IMG/VR virus record: IMGVR_UViG_3300037189_027540
Span: 3,599 to 67,598 of that record
Source: a virus
DNA: 64,000 nucleotides
Direction: 5' to 3' (one strand)
Positions 1 through 10,041 of this stretch are shown one piece after another. The first letter of the stretch is position 1. Each line of letters starts with the position of its first letter. The notes under the pieces were generated by a model. That model searched no databases and had not been told where the DNA came from. It saw only the letters and a list, made by a program, of their open reading frames with translations. The position numbers and the translations under genes were made by a program.

Positions 1-639
1 GAGGATCTCATCAAAGCTGTATCGATGCACGGGACGACTATGTTTAATCGGATCGGTGGATATACAGTCGTATCCCAGCTGCTAGTTCAAAGATCATTAG
101 AGTTTGGCATCCCACGCATTCCAACATTGACCCAGATAGGGATAATGACTAAAAGTTTCTATACTAGATTAAGCAATCGCTTGTCTAATGTTGGATATGC
201 CGCAGCGATGTCCGTCAGAAACGTGTTCGGTGTGGAGATAAAACGTGGTGAATTAGTTGCAAAATGCTGCGATGAGATAAATTTACCATTTGTCCGTCCA
301 GGATTGAGGCATTTTTTGGGCATGCCTCAATTTTATCGCACCGTTGACTGCGTGGTGATGTCCTCGACCGAAGAGACCGTTGGGCTCCCTATTATGGAGG
401 CGGCGGCTGCAGGCAGGCTTGTGATAGGGACAAGAGTGGGACACTTTAAAGACCATGATTACGGAATCAAAGTCAGTCTGCAGCCTGAACTATTTGTACA
501 AGAGGTCGTAAGGGCACTGCATCATTATCATAACCACCCCGACGATTATTTGCAGGCGTGCCGTAAGATACAGGATTATGCTATGGCACACTTTGACTGG
601 TCACAGTGCATTGGGCCTTGGGTAAAAATGCTATCGTAA
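1..639 (+). CDS. Glycosyltransferase, GT-B/GT4-like (probably 5'-truncated by the window edge); paralog of 34737..35627
   Basis: The frame is open from base 1. It carries the GT4 E-x7-E donor motif (SSTEETVGLPIMEAAAAGRLVIGT) and a C-terminal 'DYAMAHFDW' that matches 'SYALNHYDW' in the paralog. Confidence 0.8.
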   Translation, partial: EDLIKAVSMHGTTMFNRIGGYTVVSQLLVQRSLEFGIPRIPTLTQIGIMTKSFYTRLSNRLSNVGYAAAMSVRNVFGVEIKRGELVAKCCDEINLPFVRPGLRHFLGMPQFYRTVDCVVMSSTEETVGLPIMEAAAAGRLVIGTRVGHFKDHDYGIKVSLQPELFVQEVVRALHHYHNHPDDYLQACRKIQDYAMAHFDWSQCIGPWVKMLS

Positions 640-740
640 TGAGGATCTGGACTTATTTGAAGTCGAATATATAAAAGACTATGGTTTTTAAAAGATAGAT
701 ACGCAAAAGAAATAACGTTTTCTTTATCGATCAGAAGGAA

Positions 741-2558
741 ATGGCAATGCCTAATATCAACACGTCAAACATCCCGCCAGCTCCGGCTCCTGGCACATTG
801 TTTAACACGTTAGCTAATGATTCAGATTTGAGTATCAGATGGTTGACTGCGGTTGATCCTGCTTTCTATGAGATCATTAATAGACCAATGGCTGACATTG
901 CTGTACGCCAGCTGGTTGTAGCCAAGGCTGTCGATAACCTTACAGCTCGGACCGGCGCTCAGTATTTCTTCCCATTTCGGATAAACCCGATCGTCACTCA
1001 CGGCACCAGTGTTTTCAATGTCCCTCTAGGCTGGCTATATGACTTCAGTGCGTCTTTGCCATCCAAGTGGAAAGATTTACGATTAAAAGCCATCGAACGC
1101 ATTGGAGAGACGACCAGCACTGCCACATTGCGGTTATACTTAAGTGCAGCGGACATCTCTGACGCCACCAGCAATAATGACATAATAATATTTTACTGCG
1201 ACTACGATATCTATTGCGGTCTTACCTACCAAAGATTAGAACTGACAGCTGCGTCTAACGATATTGCTGCTATTGAAGCACGCTTCGGTGCAGGCAGTGC
1301 GTTACCAGCTGACGAAGCTGCGACCGTTTCTGGTTACGTGACATTTGCCACATTAGACTTGTCTGAACTGGCAAATCAGCAATTTATCGATTTTTTAGCC
1401 GAACCAACGGGCACGTCACCGGCTGTCTACGAAATCGCTGCAACCGCATCGGGCAACACCGTCATTGGACGCGGCGCATGTGTATCAGGTAGCATCGACA
1501 ACGGCACTGGTCTTTTAACAGATAGTGCTTGGAATTCAGTCGGCAACGTTAGTAGCACTATTCAGACTTGGCTTGAAACATTTAATTACCCTTACTATAG
1601 CGACTCCACATTGCAGACCGAAGCTGGTCTAACGATGCCCAAGGGGATGTTCAGCCAATTCAGCGTCGCAGTCCCAGCTGGAGATTTGCCATCTGGTGCT
1701 GCAACCTCAAGCAGATTCTATCCGGTTTGGATCAGGTCAGTGACCCGAACTGGTGACACGACTTTGCTATTCACTCTTGCGACTTATAGCATAGTGGATG
1801 CTAACGTCAATGGCATACCTTCTACGACGCCGGTCGACTTCGCTACGTTCACACTAATAACGCCAGCAGCTCCTACTACAGGCGTCACGTCTCCTGGGTC
1901 ATTGATACCAATCACACCGATTAACAATCTCTTGCAAAAGCCGAGTGCTGCATCACCTAATGACCCGAGCTTTAGCCAGGAGTTCGGCCGCGGGCAGATA
2001 GAATTAAGCAATATGTGGGCTGACGGCTATAACGGTGACATCATCCAATTCTTCACCTTGGCCTTTAATCAGCTAGCTACTAACCAGTCTGACGTGTTTC
2101 CTATCACAGCTGCACGCCTTAGCACTTATGGCACCGTCAGAAGCCCAAAGTACTCGCCCACGCAAGGTCAATTCTATGCTTTGGCTGGTTCAACCGCTCG
2201 CCGTACAACGCAATTGACTAATGATCCGCTTAATCCAAGTAATGACAATCGTTTCATCACCGAAAACGATCAAGGATTAGGTGACAGGATTGACTTCTCG
2301 ACCACAAGTGGGATCCTGCAACACAATGCGATCGATCGTTACGGTTACCGTGGAGGTCTAGCTCACCGTGTCGTACAGCTAGTAGTCGATAGCACCAGCA
2401 CTCCAAATGCTGATGCCACTTTCTACAACAACTACATTCTACCTCGCTTGCGCATCTTACTAGGTAACGGTGGAGCTCCGAGAGATCCACGCTTTGCCGA
2501 TTATTGGTACAATGGCACTCGATTATTCTTTTTCAATGGTAACTCTTGGCAAGGGTAA
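741..2558 (+). CDS. Putative virion structural protein (605 aa)
   Basis: Long T/S/N/G-rich ORF with RBS-like AGAAGGA, no enzyme motif, and a C-terminal 'YWYNGTRLFFFNGNSW' typical of tail/baseplate proteins. Confidence 0.5.
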   Translation: MAMPNINTSNIPPAPAPGTLFNTLANDSDLSIRWLTAVDPAFYEIINRPMADIAVRQLVVAKAVDNLTARTGAQYFFPFRINPIVTHGTSVFNVPLGWLYDFSASLPSKWKDLRLKAIERIGETTSTATLRLYLSAADISDATSNNDIIIFYCDYDIYCGLTYQRLELTAASNDIAAIEARFGAGSALPADEAATVSGYVTFATLDLSELANQQFIDFLAEPTGTSPAVYEIAATASGNTVIGRGACVSGSIDNGTGLLTDSAWNSVGNVSSTIQTWLETFNYPYYSDSTLQTEAGLTMPKGMFSQFSVAVPAGDLPSGAATSSRFYPVWIRSVTRTGDTTLLFTLATYSIVDANVNGIPSTTPVDFATFTLITPAAPTTGVTSPGSLIPITPINNLLQKPSAASPNDPSFSQEFGRGQIELSNMWADGYNGDIIQFFTLAFNQLATNQSDVFPITAARLSTYGTVRSPKYSPTQGQFYALAGSTARRTTQLTNDPLNPSNDNRFITENDQGLGDRIDFSTTSGILQHNAIDRYGYRGGLAHRVVQLVVDSTSTPNADATFYNNYILPRLRILLGNGGAPRDPRFADYWYNGTRLFFFNGNSWQG

Positions 2559-2580
2559 ACCGAATCAGACCAGTAAAACG

Positions 2581-2862
2581 ATGCTGCCTAATTTTCAATC
2601 GCTATGGTTCCTGCTGACGACCACCTTGGCCGTATTCTGTCTCCTTTTGGTGATACGATCAGGAATCACAACGCTGGACCCGGATCAGATTATAGAAACA
2701 GAGCGCAAACGGGTTAAGGACTTGATAAAAGAAGAAATAGCCATTATCTCTTCTTATCCACATGAGGAGCCACTTCCGCTCAGTGATAAGCAATTCTATC
2801 AGATTCAAGCATTACTAAACCTGGAACTTAAAATTGCGAAGTCTAACCGAAGCATTCAATGA
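2581..2862 (+). CDS. Small membrane protein (one N-terminal hydrophobic helix)
   Basis: Probable start at ATG 2581 within ORF 2470..2862; hydrophobic stretch LWFLLTTTLAVFCLLLVI. Confidence 0.5.
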   Translation: MLPNFQSLWFLLTTTLAVFCLLLVIRSGITTLDPDQIIETERKRVKDLIKEEIAIISSYPHEEPLPLSDKQFYQIQALLNLELKIAKSNRSIQ

Positions 2863-3448
2863 TGTTTATCGCAATCGATCTTGGGGTGACGAAGAGTCCC
2901 TTTCAGGTCTGGGATCAACGCAACTATTCGCCAACAGCTTCTTAACTAATCTAGAAGGAATAATACGACAATATGACGTAACCTCTATCGCTGATTTATC
3001 GTGTGGCGACTGTAACTGGATTAGGCAGATTTTTGGTAAAGTCGATTATTGTGGTTACGATGTTTCTGACCTCATCATTAAGATTAACAGGACTAAATAC
3101 GAAGATTGCCGCACGAGCTTCCGTCATCTTGAGATCTTGGAAGCACTAAAACGACCTAAGCTACATGAACTATGCATCATCCGACATACATTCGAACACT
3201 TACCTACCTCTTATGTCACGGAATGTCTGTCGCTACTCAAGTTTAAGACAAAGTTTGCCTTGATTACCTCAGCTAATTATCACGACGGCAAGCCTGAAGA
3301 AATAGACTTCGGCGCCAATTCGAGAGAGATCAATTTATTAAAATCGCCTTTCTTTGACATCCTTGGCCTGCCTGCACAGACGTTCTGGGACACGATCGGC
3401 ACAAGGTCTGACCGAGGTTGCTTCGGACACCTTTATCAATTCTGTTAA
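2834..3448 (+). CDS. Class I SAM-dependent methyltransferase
   Basis: N-terminal 'WGDEESLSGLGS', motif I 'SIADLSCGDCNW', 'YCGYDVS' and 'RHTFEHL'. This family is commonly found with glycan-synthesis genes. Confidence 0.75.
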   Translation: MRSLTEAFNDVYRNRSWGDEESLSGLGSTQLFANSFLTNLEGIIRQYDVTSIADLSCGDCNWIRQIFGKVDYCGYDVSDLIIKINRTKYEDCRTSFRHLEILEALKRPKLHELCIIRHTFEHLPTSYVTECLSLLKFKTKFALITSANYHDGKPEEIDFGANSREINLLKSPFFDILGLPAQTFWDTIGTRSDRGCFGHLYQFC

Positions 3449-3855
3449 ATGTCGACAGCCACAGGTCGTGGATTCTTAGGCGTAGCAAATAATACGTGAT
3501 TATTCCATTCGACCTCTAGGAAAGTGGCTGATCCTCTGACTTCTATGAAGTGAGCTAGCAACTGTTCAGCCTGACCAAGCCTATTGCATAAGTCCGCCTT
3601 GCCTACGTAAATTGGTTCTTCGCTGGTCAATTCTAGGTATTCATCGATGGTGCGTAGATCTTCGATCATCTTTAGTGTCTTTTGAACAGCATCGCCACTT
3701 GTCACGAAGTAGCCTTTGGCATGAAAAGCGATTCTATTATTACCCCACTCTAACTCATAATTATCGACCCACTGGTCAATGTCTATTGAGATCGCTTGAC
3801 CCTTCGGAGCATCCGCCATAGCACAATTCCAATAACTAAAATTATCTACCGTCAA
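3445..3855 (-). CDS. Hypothetical protein
   Basis: 136-aa ORF filling the gap between neighbours; no motif recognised. Confidence 0.5.
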   Translation of the reverse strand: MTVDNFSYWNCAMADAPKGQAISIDIDQWVDNYELEWGNNRIAFHAKGYFVTSGDAVQKTLKMIEDLRTIDEYLELTSEEPIYVGKADLCNRLGQAEQLLAHFIEVRGSATFLEVEWNNHVLFATPKNPRPVAVDI

Positions 3856-3892
3856 TGTATTGTTTAATTGTCATTATCTTTGGAGGCTATGA

Positions 3893-4996
3893 ATGTCTAA
3901 GTACATCGTGTTTGAAGGGGCGGATGGCGCTGGTAAGTCGACCTTGATCGAAGCCGTTAAGGCCGTCATCGGATCGGATGCGGTTACGATTGCTCAACCC
4001 GGGGGCACTCGGCTTGGCGATCTAATCAGAGACTTAGTGAAGTATCCAAGCAAATACAATGTCACCATAGATGATCACACGAGGCAAGCCTTTTATCAGC
4101 TCGACAACGACATTACAATGCGTCAAATCGTGATCCCTGCTCTGGAGGCAGGCAAGACGGTTCTATCAGATCGGTGTACCCATATTAGCAGCTGGATTTA
4201 TGGTGCCTCTGACGGAGTCACGCAAGAACGCCTAGGAGTGCTTCGGAGATTAGCTCCAATCGTGCCTGTAACCATCTGTTTCATCTTGGATCTCCCAGCT
4301 GCCGTTGGTCAAGAGCGGGCCAAATCCGCCAGAGCCAATCTAGATCATTACGACAGCAAGCCACTAGTCTTCTACGAATCGCTACGAGAAAGATACCGCA
4401 GTTTGCAAATGGGAGCGGCAGATGAGGCCTTGCATGGTACTATATCAGGATCTGACGTAATCATGCTAGACGCCACCAAGCCAACAGACGAATTGTGCGC
4501 TGAGGTGATAGATCACATCGCCGCTCATAAGCGTCATCTTAACGTAAATCGAGCAACATCCAACGATGTCGTCACCTTATGCGCCAAGCGGACCGTAGGC
4601 GACGCCATTTTACCATCACGCAAGCGCAAGACAGACGCTGGATGGGACATCTATGCTTGCGAAGATGTCCGATTGATGCCAGGTGTATCAACAATTGTAC
4701 AGACTGGCTGCGTGGTAGCTGCGCCAGCTGGCTGGTACATTACTATCGAAGGGCGTTCTTCTATGTGGTCCAAAGGCATTTTTCCAAATCGAGGTGTCAT
4801 AGACAGTGGATTCACTGGGGACCTCATCGTCAGCCTTGTAAATACCACAGCTGACGTTTATCAGATCAAGAGGGGCGACAGGATCGCCCAATTACTGGTG
4901 CACCGTCACCACCCTACGATTATCGCTGAAGTGGACGAGTTCCCGGAAGAGTACATCATACGTGGTAATCGCGGTTTCGGCTCAACAGGGAGATAA
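3893..4996 (+). CDS. tmk-dut: Thymidylate kinase - dUTPase fusion
   Basis: N-terminal P-loop 'FEGADGAGKST', 'QPGGT' and 'LSDR' (dTMP kinase). C-terminal trimeric dUTPase motifs 'AGWDIY', 'GRSS', 'GVIDSGFTG', 'GDRIAQL', 'RGNRGFGSTG'. GGAGG RBS upstream. Confidence 0.93.
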   Translation: MSKYIVFEGADGAGKSTLIEAVKAVIGSDAVTIAQPGGTRLGDLIRDLVKYPSKYNVTIDDHTRQAFYQLDNDITMRQIVIPALEAGKTVLSDRCTHISSWIYGASDGVTQERLGVLRRLAPIVPVTICFILDLPAAVGQERAKSARANLDHYDSKPLVFYESLRERYRSLQMGAADEALHGTISGSDVIMLDATKPTDELCAEVIDHIAAHKRHLNVNRATSNDVVTLCAKRTVGDAILPSRKRKTDAGWDIYACEDVRLMPGVSTIVQTGCVVAAPAGWYITIEGRSSMWSKGIFPNRGVIDSGFTGDLIVSLVNTTADVYQIKRGDRIAQLLVHRHHPTIIAEVDEFPEEYIIRGNRGFGSTGR

Positions 4997-4998
4997 TT

Positions 4999-5298
4999 AT
5001 GACAGAATTTCTTTTGGTCTACGCTAAGCTGATCCTAGACAAGAAAGAGGAAGTGCAATTAATCAACGTCTACCTATGGGGAGTATATCATTCCCAAGAA
5101 GAAGCAGACAAAGCGGCTGCGGAATGCATTAACCAGATAAAAGGTGGCGCAATTGTGCCGCGCGTTTTCCTACATAAACCAGAAAGCCATCTATGTGATA
5201 CTTTCTATGAAGCGATGGAATGGTATGACAAGATGTGTAAGAAAATGTCAGAGACCAACAAGATATTGCAAAAAGCGAGTCAGAAGACTAAACTTTAA
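4999..5298 (+). CDS. Hypothetical protein
   Basis: 99-aa ORF starting 2 nt after the tmk-dut stop, with a GGAG RBS. Confidence 0.6.
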   Translation: MTEFLLVYAKLILDKKEEVQLINVYLWGVYHSQEEADKAAAECINQIKGGAIVPRVFLHKPESHLCDTFYEAMEWYDKMCKKMSETNKILQKASQKTKL

Positions 5299-6013
5299 AC
5301 ATCCCTAGGATCCTTTGCATGTCCTGATTCAGGTTAGTTAACCCTTGTCCAATGTCAGTATTTGACTTTAAAGCATCATTGACCTTGGCTGTATTATCCA
5401 TCAATTTATCGAATTCGCTTTTCATCTTGTTTCTGATAGGGTCTACTTGCTGCTTCTGTTTTTTCTCTTCGGCGGCTTTTCTATCGGCTTCTTGTTTAGC
5501 TAATTTAGATTGCATTTCCTGCTGCTTGGCCGCATCGTCAGCTTTATCAGCGATTGGTTGTTGCTGTAACGCCGTGCCCAGATCAGCGCCTACTGGCAGG
5601 GCGTCTTCATTTATTACTGGCGCTAAGTCATCCCAGCTAATCACAGCATCAGATTCTATTGATTCTACATAAGACGCTGTCTCATCATTTTTATAGCTGT
5701 TAACTAGCTGTAGGGCCTGTCCGTCCCAAACCACAGGCAAGTTATCTTGAACATCAGCTGCATAATCGTTACACATATCGTCATAGCCGTTGTATATCAG
5801 ATAGACTTCGTAGTACAGGCCGCCACTGTGCGATAGAGTTTTAATCTTATAGCGTGAATCAACTGGCGGTGGCCCGAAGGTCCTTTCCAGTTGATCTTTC
5901 CAGATCGAAGCTTGCTGCCTCTGTAGGTCGGAACCTACAGTAGCTAGCCGTTCCTCGTCGGGACAGGGTCCTAGTTCTATATAATGATCGACTCCGTCCC
6001 ATTTCTCACTCAT
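5288..6013 (-). CDS. Hypothetical phage protein with C-terminal coiled coil
   Basis: 241-aa ORF with a Q/K/E-rich helical C-terminus; GGAG RBS. Confidence 0.6.
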   Translation of the reverse strand: MSEKWDGVDHYIELGPCPDEERLATVGSDLQRQQASIWKDQLERTFGPPPVDSRYKIKTLSHSGGLYYEVYLIYNGYDDMCNDYAADVQDNLPVVWDGQALQLVNSYKNDETASYVESIESDAVISWDDLAPVINEDALPVGADLGTALQQQPIADKADDAAKQQEMQSKLAKQEADRKAAEEKKQKQQVDPIRNKMKSEFDKLMDNTAKVNDALKSNTDIGQGLTNLNQDMQRILGMFKV

Positions 6014-6015
6014 CG

Positions 6016-8280
6016 TTAGATCTCCCTAACTGCAAATCCGTATGGGTGACGATCGATGCAGCTAGAAGACTTGCTTTCTTTAAGTGCACTCATATAGCGT
6101 GCTGCATTAGATTGGCTGCGAAACAAGGCTTTCCCTTCGGCCATCACCGGCGTACGATTGGTTATCGTGAGTAATGGTATGGATTGTTGGAACAACACTG
6201 CACCATTTGGACGACGATATTGGGCGACTAGAAAGTTATCTTGTGCTGAGCCATATTGGATGTTTTCTTCAGCATCAACTAGAGCTTCAGCTAGGTTCTT
6301 GCGAACTTTACCTTTTTTATTCTTTTTGGACTCAAGGACACAATAGGAGGCAGTGAAAGGGCCAGAGATGCGCCTCTCTGCTCTAAGTAGATGTGGTGCT
6401 ACGTGGTTCCTTAGCCTTTGCACGTTTTCTTCTAACGATTTGATGGCCACGGCGCCGTTGCCACGTGAGGATTTCACAGCCATACCAACACCAGTGCCAG
6501 ACATCATTGGTGTTTGTTCATTGTTATTTTCAGGCTTACCACGGAGCAGAGTATCAACCTGCCCGTGGTTTTGCATTTCCTCGTCAGCGTCGAACTCACC
6601 TAAATCGGTAGCACCGTTACCCTCATCGGTGAGGTACTTTTTTTTTGCAACCTTGAATTTGGCGTCTTCGCTTACGGGCTCATACAAACCTTCCTCTGAT
6701 TTATAATCGCCATGTTCGTCGCAATATTCATTAAACTCAGCAAAACTGCATGGTGATTGCAACATAAATTCACCATGATCACCTGAAAAATGGTGCAAGC
6801 CGGGCTTAGGTTCGTAGTGTTGAGACTTCATGTTAAAGGTGCCGCGGTCAAAATCTTTAAGATATTGCTTATACGCAACCCGTCTTTTCTGCTCGTGTCC
6901 CATCATGTCTTCATCTTCGCAATGCACGCCATCTTCGCAATCTTCGTCTTCACCCTCGACGTGCTTGCCTTTCTTAGCGTTCATCTTTTTCTTGATGAAC
7001 TCAGGCATTTCGGCATTTTCGCCGATCCAATACTTACCGTTGGTGTCTTCGCCTTCATGGAACACAATGCGGTTATGGGAGGCCAACAAGTTCTCGAAAG
7101 CTGACTCATTCATCGCAAAGTCGATGCCGTTGGCATGCAACAGATTTTCAAAGTCTGAGAGACGAACTTGGCGGATGCCACGCACCCAATTGTTGAAAAG
7201 GTGACGTACAACGCCTTCGTCTACACCTTCTAACAACACACCAATGTTTCTGCGGTCCCAGCCTTCTGAAGCTAACATCCGACCGTTCTTCAACACACCG
7301 CCGTCTGACCACCTAGTGCCTGGGAATTCCTCAGTCGAACCACCTTTATTTTTCGGCGGTGCAGGCCAATTGTGGCCAACTTCGTCCAAGGCGACATCGG
7401 GCCAGTCTTGATTGGCATCGAGTGCGTCGCCGTGCTTGCTGTCATAATGTGGTGCTTCGGTCTCAGAACCGTCAGTCGCTTGACCCATGGCGAGATTGCG
7501 TTTCCGCTTCATACCAAAAGGCTCGCCGACTTCGTGCATTTCAGTGTCAAATTCATAATGTCCAAGAGGCGTAGGCTTCTTGTCGGCCAACCCATCGCCC
7601 TTTGCCTTATGCATTTCAGAATGACCAGGCTTGTAGTTACCTGGTTCAAAATCCGGGGTGAATTCCCTTACAAGACGACGGCGGCTCTTCATGTTCCCTC
7701 TCCCTGTCGGTTTAAAAAAGCTGTTCATCACTCCAGAGGCAATGCCAGCCGTACTACTAACACATTCTGACGTGGCATAATCTGGGTCTAAGTCTCTGTC
7801 TGTTAAGACAGGGTTATTAGTATTTTTGTCTACGAATTTAGCGGTATAGTAATTGCTGGCAGGGATTTTTTCTTTCTGCATCTCCAATGACATTCCCTCC
7901 AAAGGATTAACTTCGGTCTCACCACTGCTGCCAGGCGCCCAATTGCTTAATTCATCATGGGCAGACCTAGTCTTATCGTTATGCTCAGCCCGAGCATAAG
8001 TAGACGCCAAGTTGTTCCCTGTCAACACAGGATCCATCTCAAATGTATCCAAATCGTTTAATGGTGGTCGATTTGCATCACGATATTCCTGAGGCATCTC
8101 GCTAGAGATCGCATATCCGGAAGAATCACTAGGCAGTGGAGTAAGGATCTCCTCTACCAAGTCATCAAGCATGTCATCCAATTCATTTAGTGTGTGTTCA
8201 ACTGGTTTACCCTTCCGCTTTACCACTAGTTCTTGATGGCCTTTTTTATTAAGGGTTAACTTGGCATTGTAAGGTAACAT
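6016..8280 (-). CDS. Large hydrophilic, low-complexity protein, possibly an internal head protein
   Basis: 754 aa, rich in E/D/K/G/H and probably largely disordered, with many L/V/M-x-E sites. Confidence 0.55.
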   Translation of the reverse strand: MLPYNAKLTLNKKGHQELVVKRKGKPVEHTLNELDDMLDDLVEEILTPLPSDSSGYAISSEMPQEYRDANRPPLNDLDTFEMDPVLTGNNLASTYARAEHNDKTRSAHDELSNWAPGSSGETEVNPLEGMSLEMQKEKIPASNYYTAKFVDKNTNNPVLTDRDLDPDYATSECVSSTAGIASGVMNSFFKPTGRGNMKSRRRLVREFTPDFEPGNYKPGHSEMHKAKGDGLADKKPTPLGHYEFDTEMHEVGEPFGMKRKRNLAMGQATDGSETEAPHYDSKHGDALDANQDWPDVALDEVGHNWPAPPKNKGGSTEEFPGTRWSDGGVLKNGRMLASEGWDRRNIGVLLEGVDEGVVRHLFNNWVRGIRQVRLSDFENLLHANGIDFAMNESAFENLLASHNRIVFHEGEDTNGKYWIGENAEMPEFIKKKMNAKKGKHVEGEDEDCEDGVHCEDEDMMGHEQKRRVAYKQYLKDFDRGTFNMKSQHYEPKPGLHHFSGDHGEFMLQSPCSFAEFNEYCDEHGDYKSEEGLYEPVSEDAKFKVAKKKYLTDEGNGATDLGEFDADEEMQNHGQVDTLLRGKPENNNEQTPMMSGTGVGMAVKSSRGNGAVAIKSLEENVQRLRNHVAPHLLRAERRISGPFTASYCVLESKKNKKGKVRKNLAEALVDAEENIQYGSAQDNFLVAQYRRPNGAVLFQQSIPLLTITNRTPVMAEGKALFRSQSNAARYMSALKESKSSSCIDRHPYGFAVREI

Positions 8281-8318
8281 GTTAGTTCTCTATGACTAAC
8301 TTAAATTCACTTAACATC

Positions 8319-9569
8319 CTAATTAAATAAACGAGGCCATAATTGATCGAGTCTATTAGCGATATGATAAGCTAACAATGGCGGTACTGCATTGCCCACC
8401 ATCTTATAAGCGGACGCACCACTCACAATAGGCATAGAATCCGTTATGAACCGGAAAGAATCCGGAAATGTCTGCAATCTAGCGCATTCCCTAATTGTCA
8501 GGCGCCTTTGTAACAACCCGGCATTTAACTCTGTGTGATTCTTACCGCCATTAGCTGCAGCTAACCTCCGAAATTCAATGTTACCGTGATGTTCAGATCG
8601 AATAGTGGGCCCTGGGCCATCGAGATTTATTTCCCTATTGCCCTGGCAATGCTTGCCGTACCATTTGGCTCTAGAATAGTGACGATGGTCGAGATCAGCC
8701 GCATCGTCAGGTTCAAGTAAATCCATTAAGGCCATCTTGCTAGTGACAGGTGGCATCAGGCGAATGCAGTCCGACTGAACTCTGTTATGAGTCGGCATCG
8801 GATAAGGGTCATATTCAACTGGAATCACTGCTTGCTCTAATGCTACTTTAGCTTCGGCTCTAAGATACCTCTTGTTAAAACCATAGAATATCACTCTATC
8901 TCTTGTTTGCGGTACACCATAGTTAGGCGCGTGTAACATCTTCGCTGGCACCACCACATAACCGCCACCGATACTCCTAAAGTCTGATTCTATGGTCTCC
9001 TTAACTGCATCTAGAGATAAGATTCCTTTGACATTCTCAGCCACGAAGCACTTGGGGTCAGTTAAACCTATGACTCTGCGCATCCACATGTAAAGCATGC
9101 CACGGTTGTCAACAGTCGGATCTTCAGACACGTTGAGCTTAGACCCATTATGGCTTTTTCTAGACTTGAAGCCGAGCCTATGCCCAGCATAACTGAAATC
9201 CTGACATGGAAAACCGCCGGTGACTATATCAGCCTTAAGCTGGTGCAGCGGGCCAAAGCCACCCTCTGCCTGCTTTACCAGATCAACCACACTAGCTAAC
9301 CTATAAACATCAGGTAGGTTATAAGGGCTTATTGTAAAATTGTTACGCCAGGTGATTTGAGCGTATGGTCTGATATCATTGGCAAATACGATTTTAAAAT
9401 CATTTCTTTTTAGCCTGCACCTACCGAGCTGATCGCAACTTTCTACGTAATTTGGATTTAAGGTGGTATTAACAAATTCAGATTTTACATCGAATCCACC
9501 TTCAAAACCGAGATCCAGTCCGCCGCAACCAGTAAACAGTGATACCAGATTTTTCATATTACTTATCAA
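8319..9569 (-). CDS. Orphan DNA (cytosine-5) methyltransferase
   Basis: Motif I 'LFTGCGGLDLG', catalytic motif IV 'GGFPCQDFS', VI 'ENVKG', VIII 'QTRDRV', IX/X 'RECARLQTFP...GNAVPP'. Confidence 0.95.
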   Translation of the reverse strand: MISNMKNLVSLFTGCGGLDLGFEGGFDVKSEFVNTTLNPNYVESCDQLGRCRLKRNDFKIVFANDIRPYAQITWRNNFTISPYNLPDVYRLASVVDLVKQAEGGFGPLHQLKADIVTGGFPCQDFSYAGHRLGFKSRKSHNGSKLNVSEDPTVDNRGMLYMWMRRVIGLTDPKCFVAENVKGILSLDAVKETIESDFRSIGGGYVVVPAKMLHAPNYGVPQTRDRVIFYGFNKRYLRAEAKVALEQAVIPVEYDPYPMPTHNRVQSDCIRLMPPVTSKMALMDLLEPDDAADLDHRHYSRAKWYGKHCQGNREINLDGPGPTIRSEHHGNIEFRRLAAANGGKNHTELNAGLLQRRLTIRECARLQTFPDSFRFITDSMPIVSGASAYKMVGNAVPPLLAYHIANRLDQLWPRLFN

Positions 9570-10041
9570 TACTATTCAGCAGCCATCTGTCTTCCGCTAC
9601 TAGCTCAGCGAAACCATGGTCTGCGTTTGAAAGATATTCGACGTACGCGATGTTCCCTAATTTGTATACTTCATGCTTGATGGTCGTAGCTAAGAATGTG
9701 TCTAGCTGGTCGAGTGGTATTTTTTTCCTACGTGGAATAGTATGTACATCACCTGAAAAAGCCGCTTCTAGTCTATGCGATATGTCATTTGCTGGTTGCC
9801 CACCATCAATCACATGCGGGACATTTAGTAGCATCCAGTCTGTGGCTGTTTTTAACTTGGTTGGCATCGTTCCAAGTTCTTCCAGTAGCCATTGTACAGA
9901 TTTAACATTACCTCCGCAGCCGGTATGCTTCTTGATCTCTTGCAAAAACCTGCCATAAAAGGCCGCATCCAAATTAAATAGCATTTGATGGAATTCGTGA
10001 ACTGATACTAGTGAGCAAAAATGCTGTTGATTAAATTTCAT
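9559..10041 (-). CDS. Hypothetical protein
   Basis: 160-aa ORF overlapping its neighbours in an operon-like arrangement. Confidence 0.55.
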   Translation of the reverse strand: MKFNQQHFCSLVSVHEFHQMLFNLDAAFYGRFLQEIKKHTGCGGNVKSVQWLLEELGTMPTKLKTATDWMLLNVPHVIDGGQPANDISHRLEAAFSGDVHTIPRRKKIPLDQLDTFLATTIKHEVYKLGNIAYVEYLSNADHGFAELVAEDRWLLNSIDK

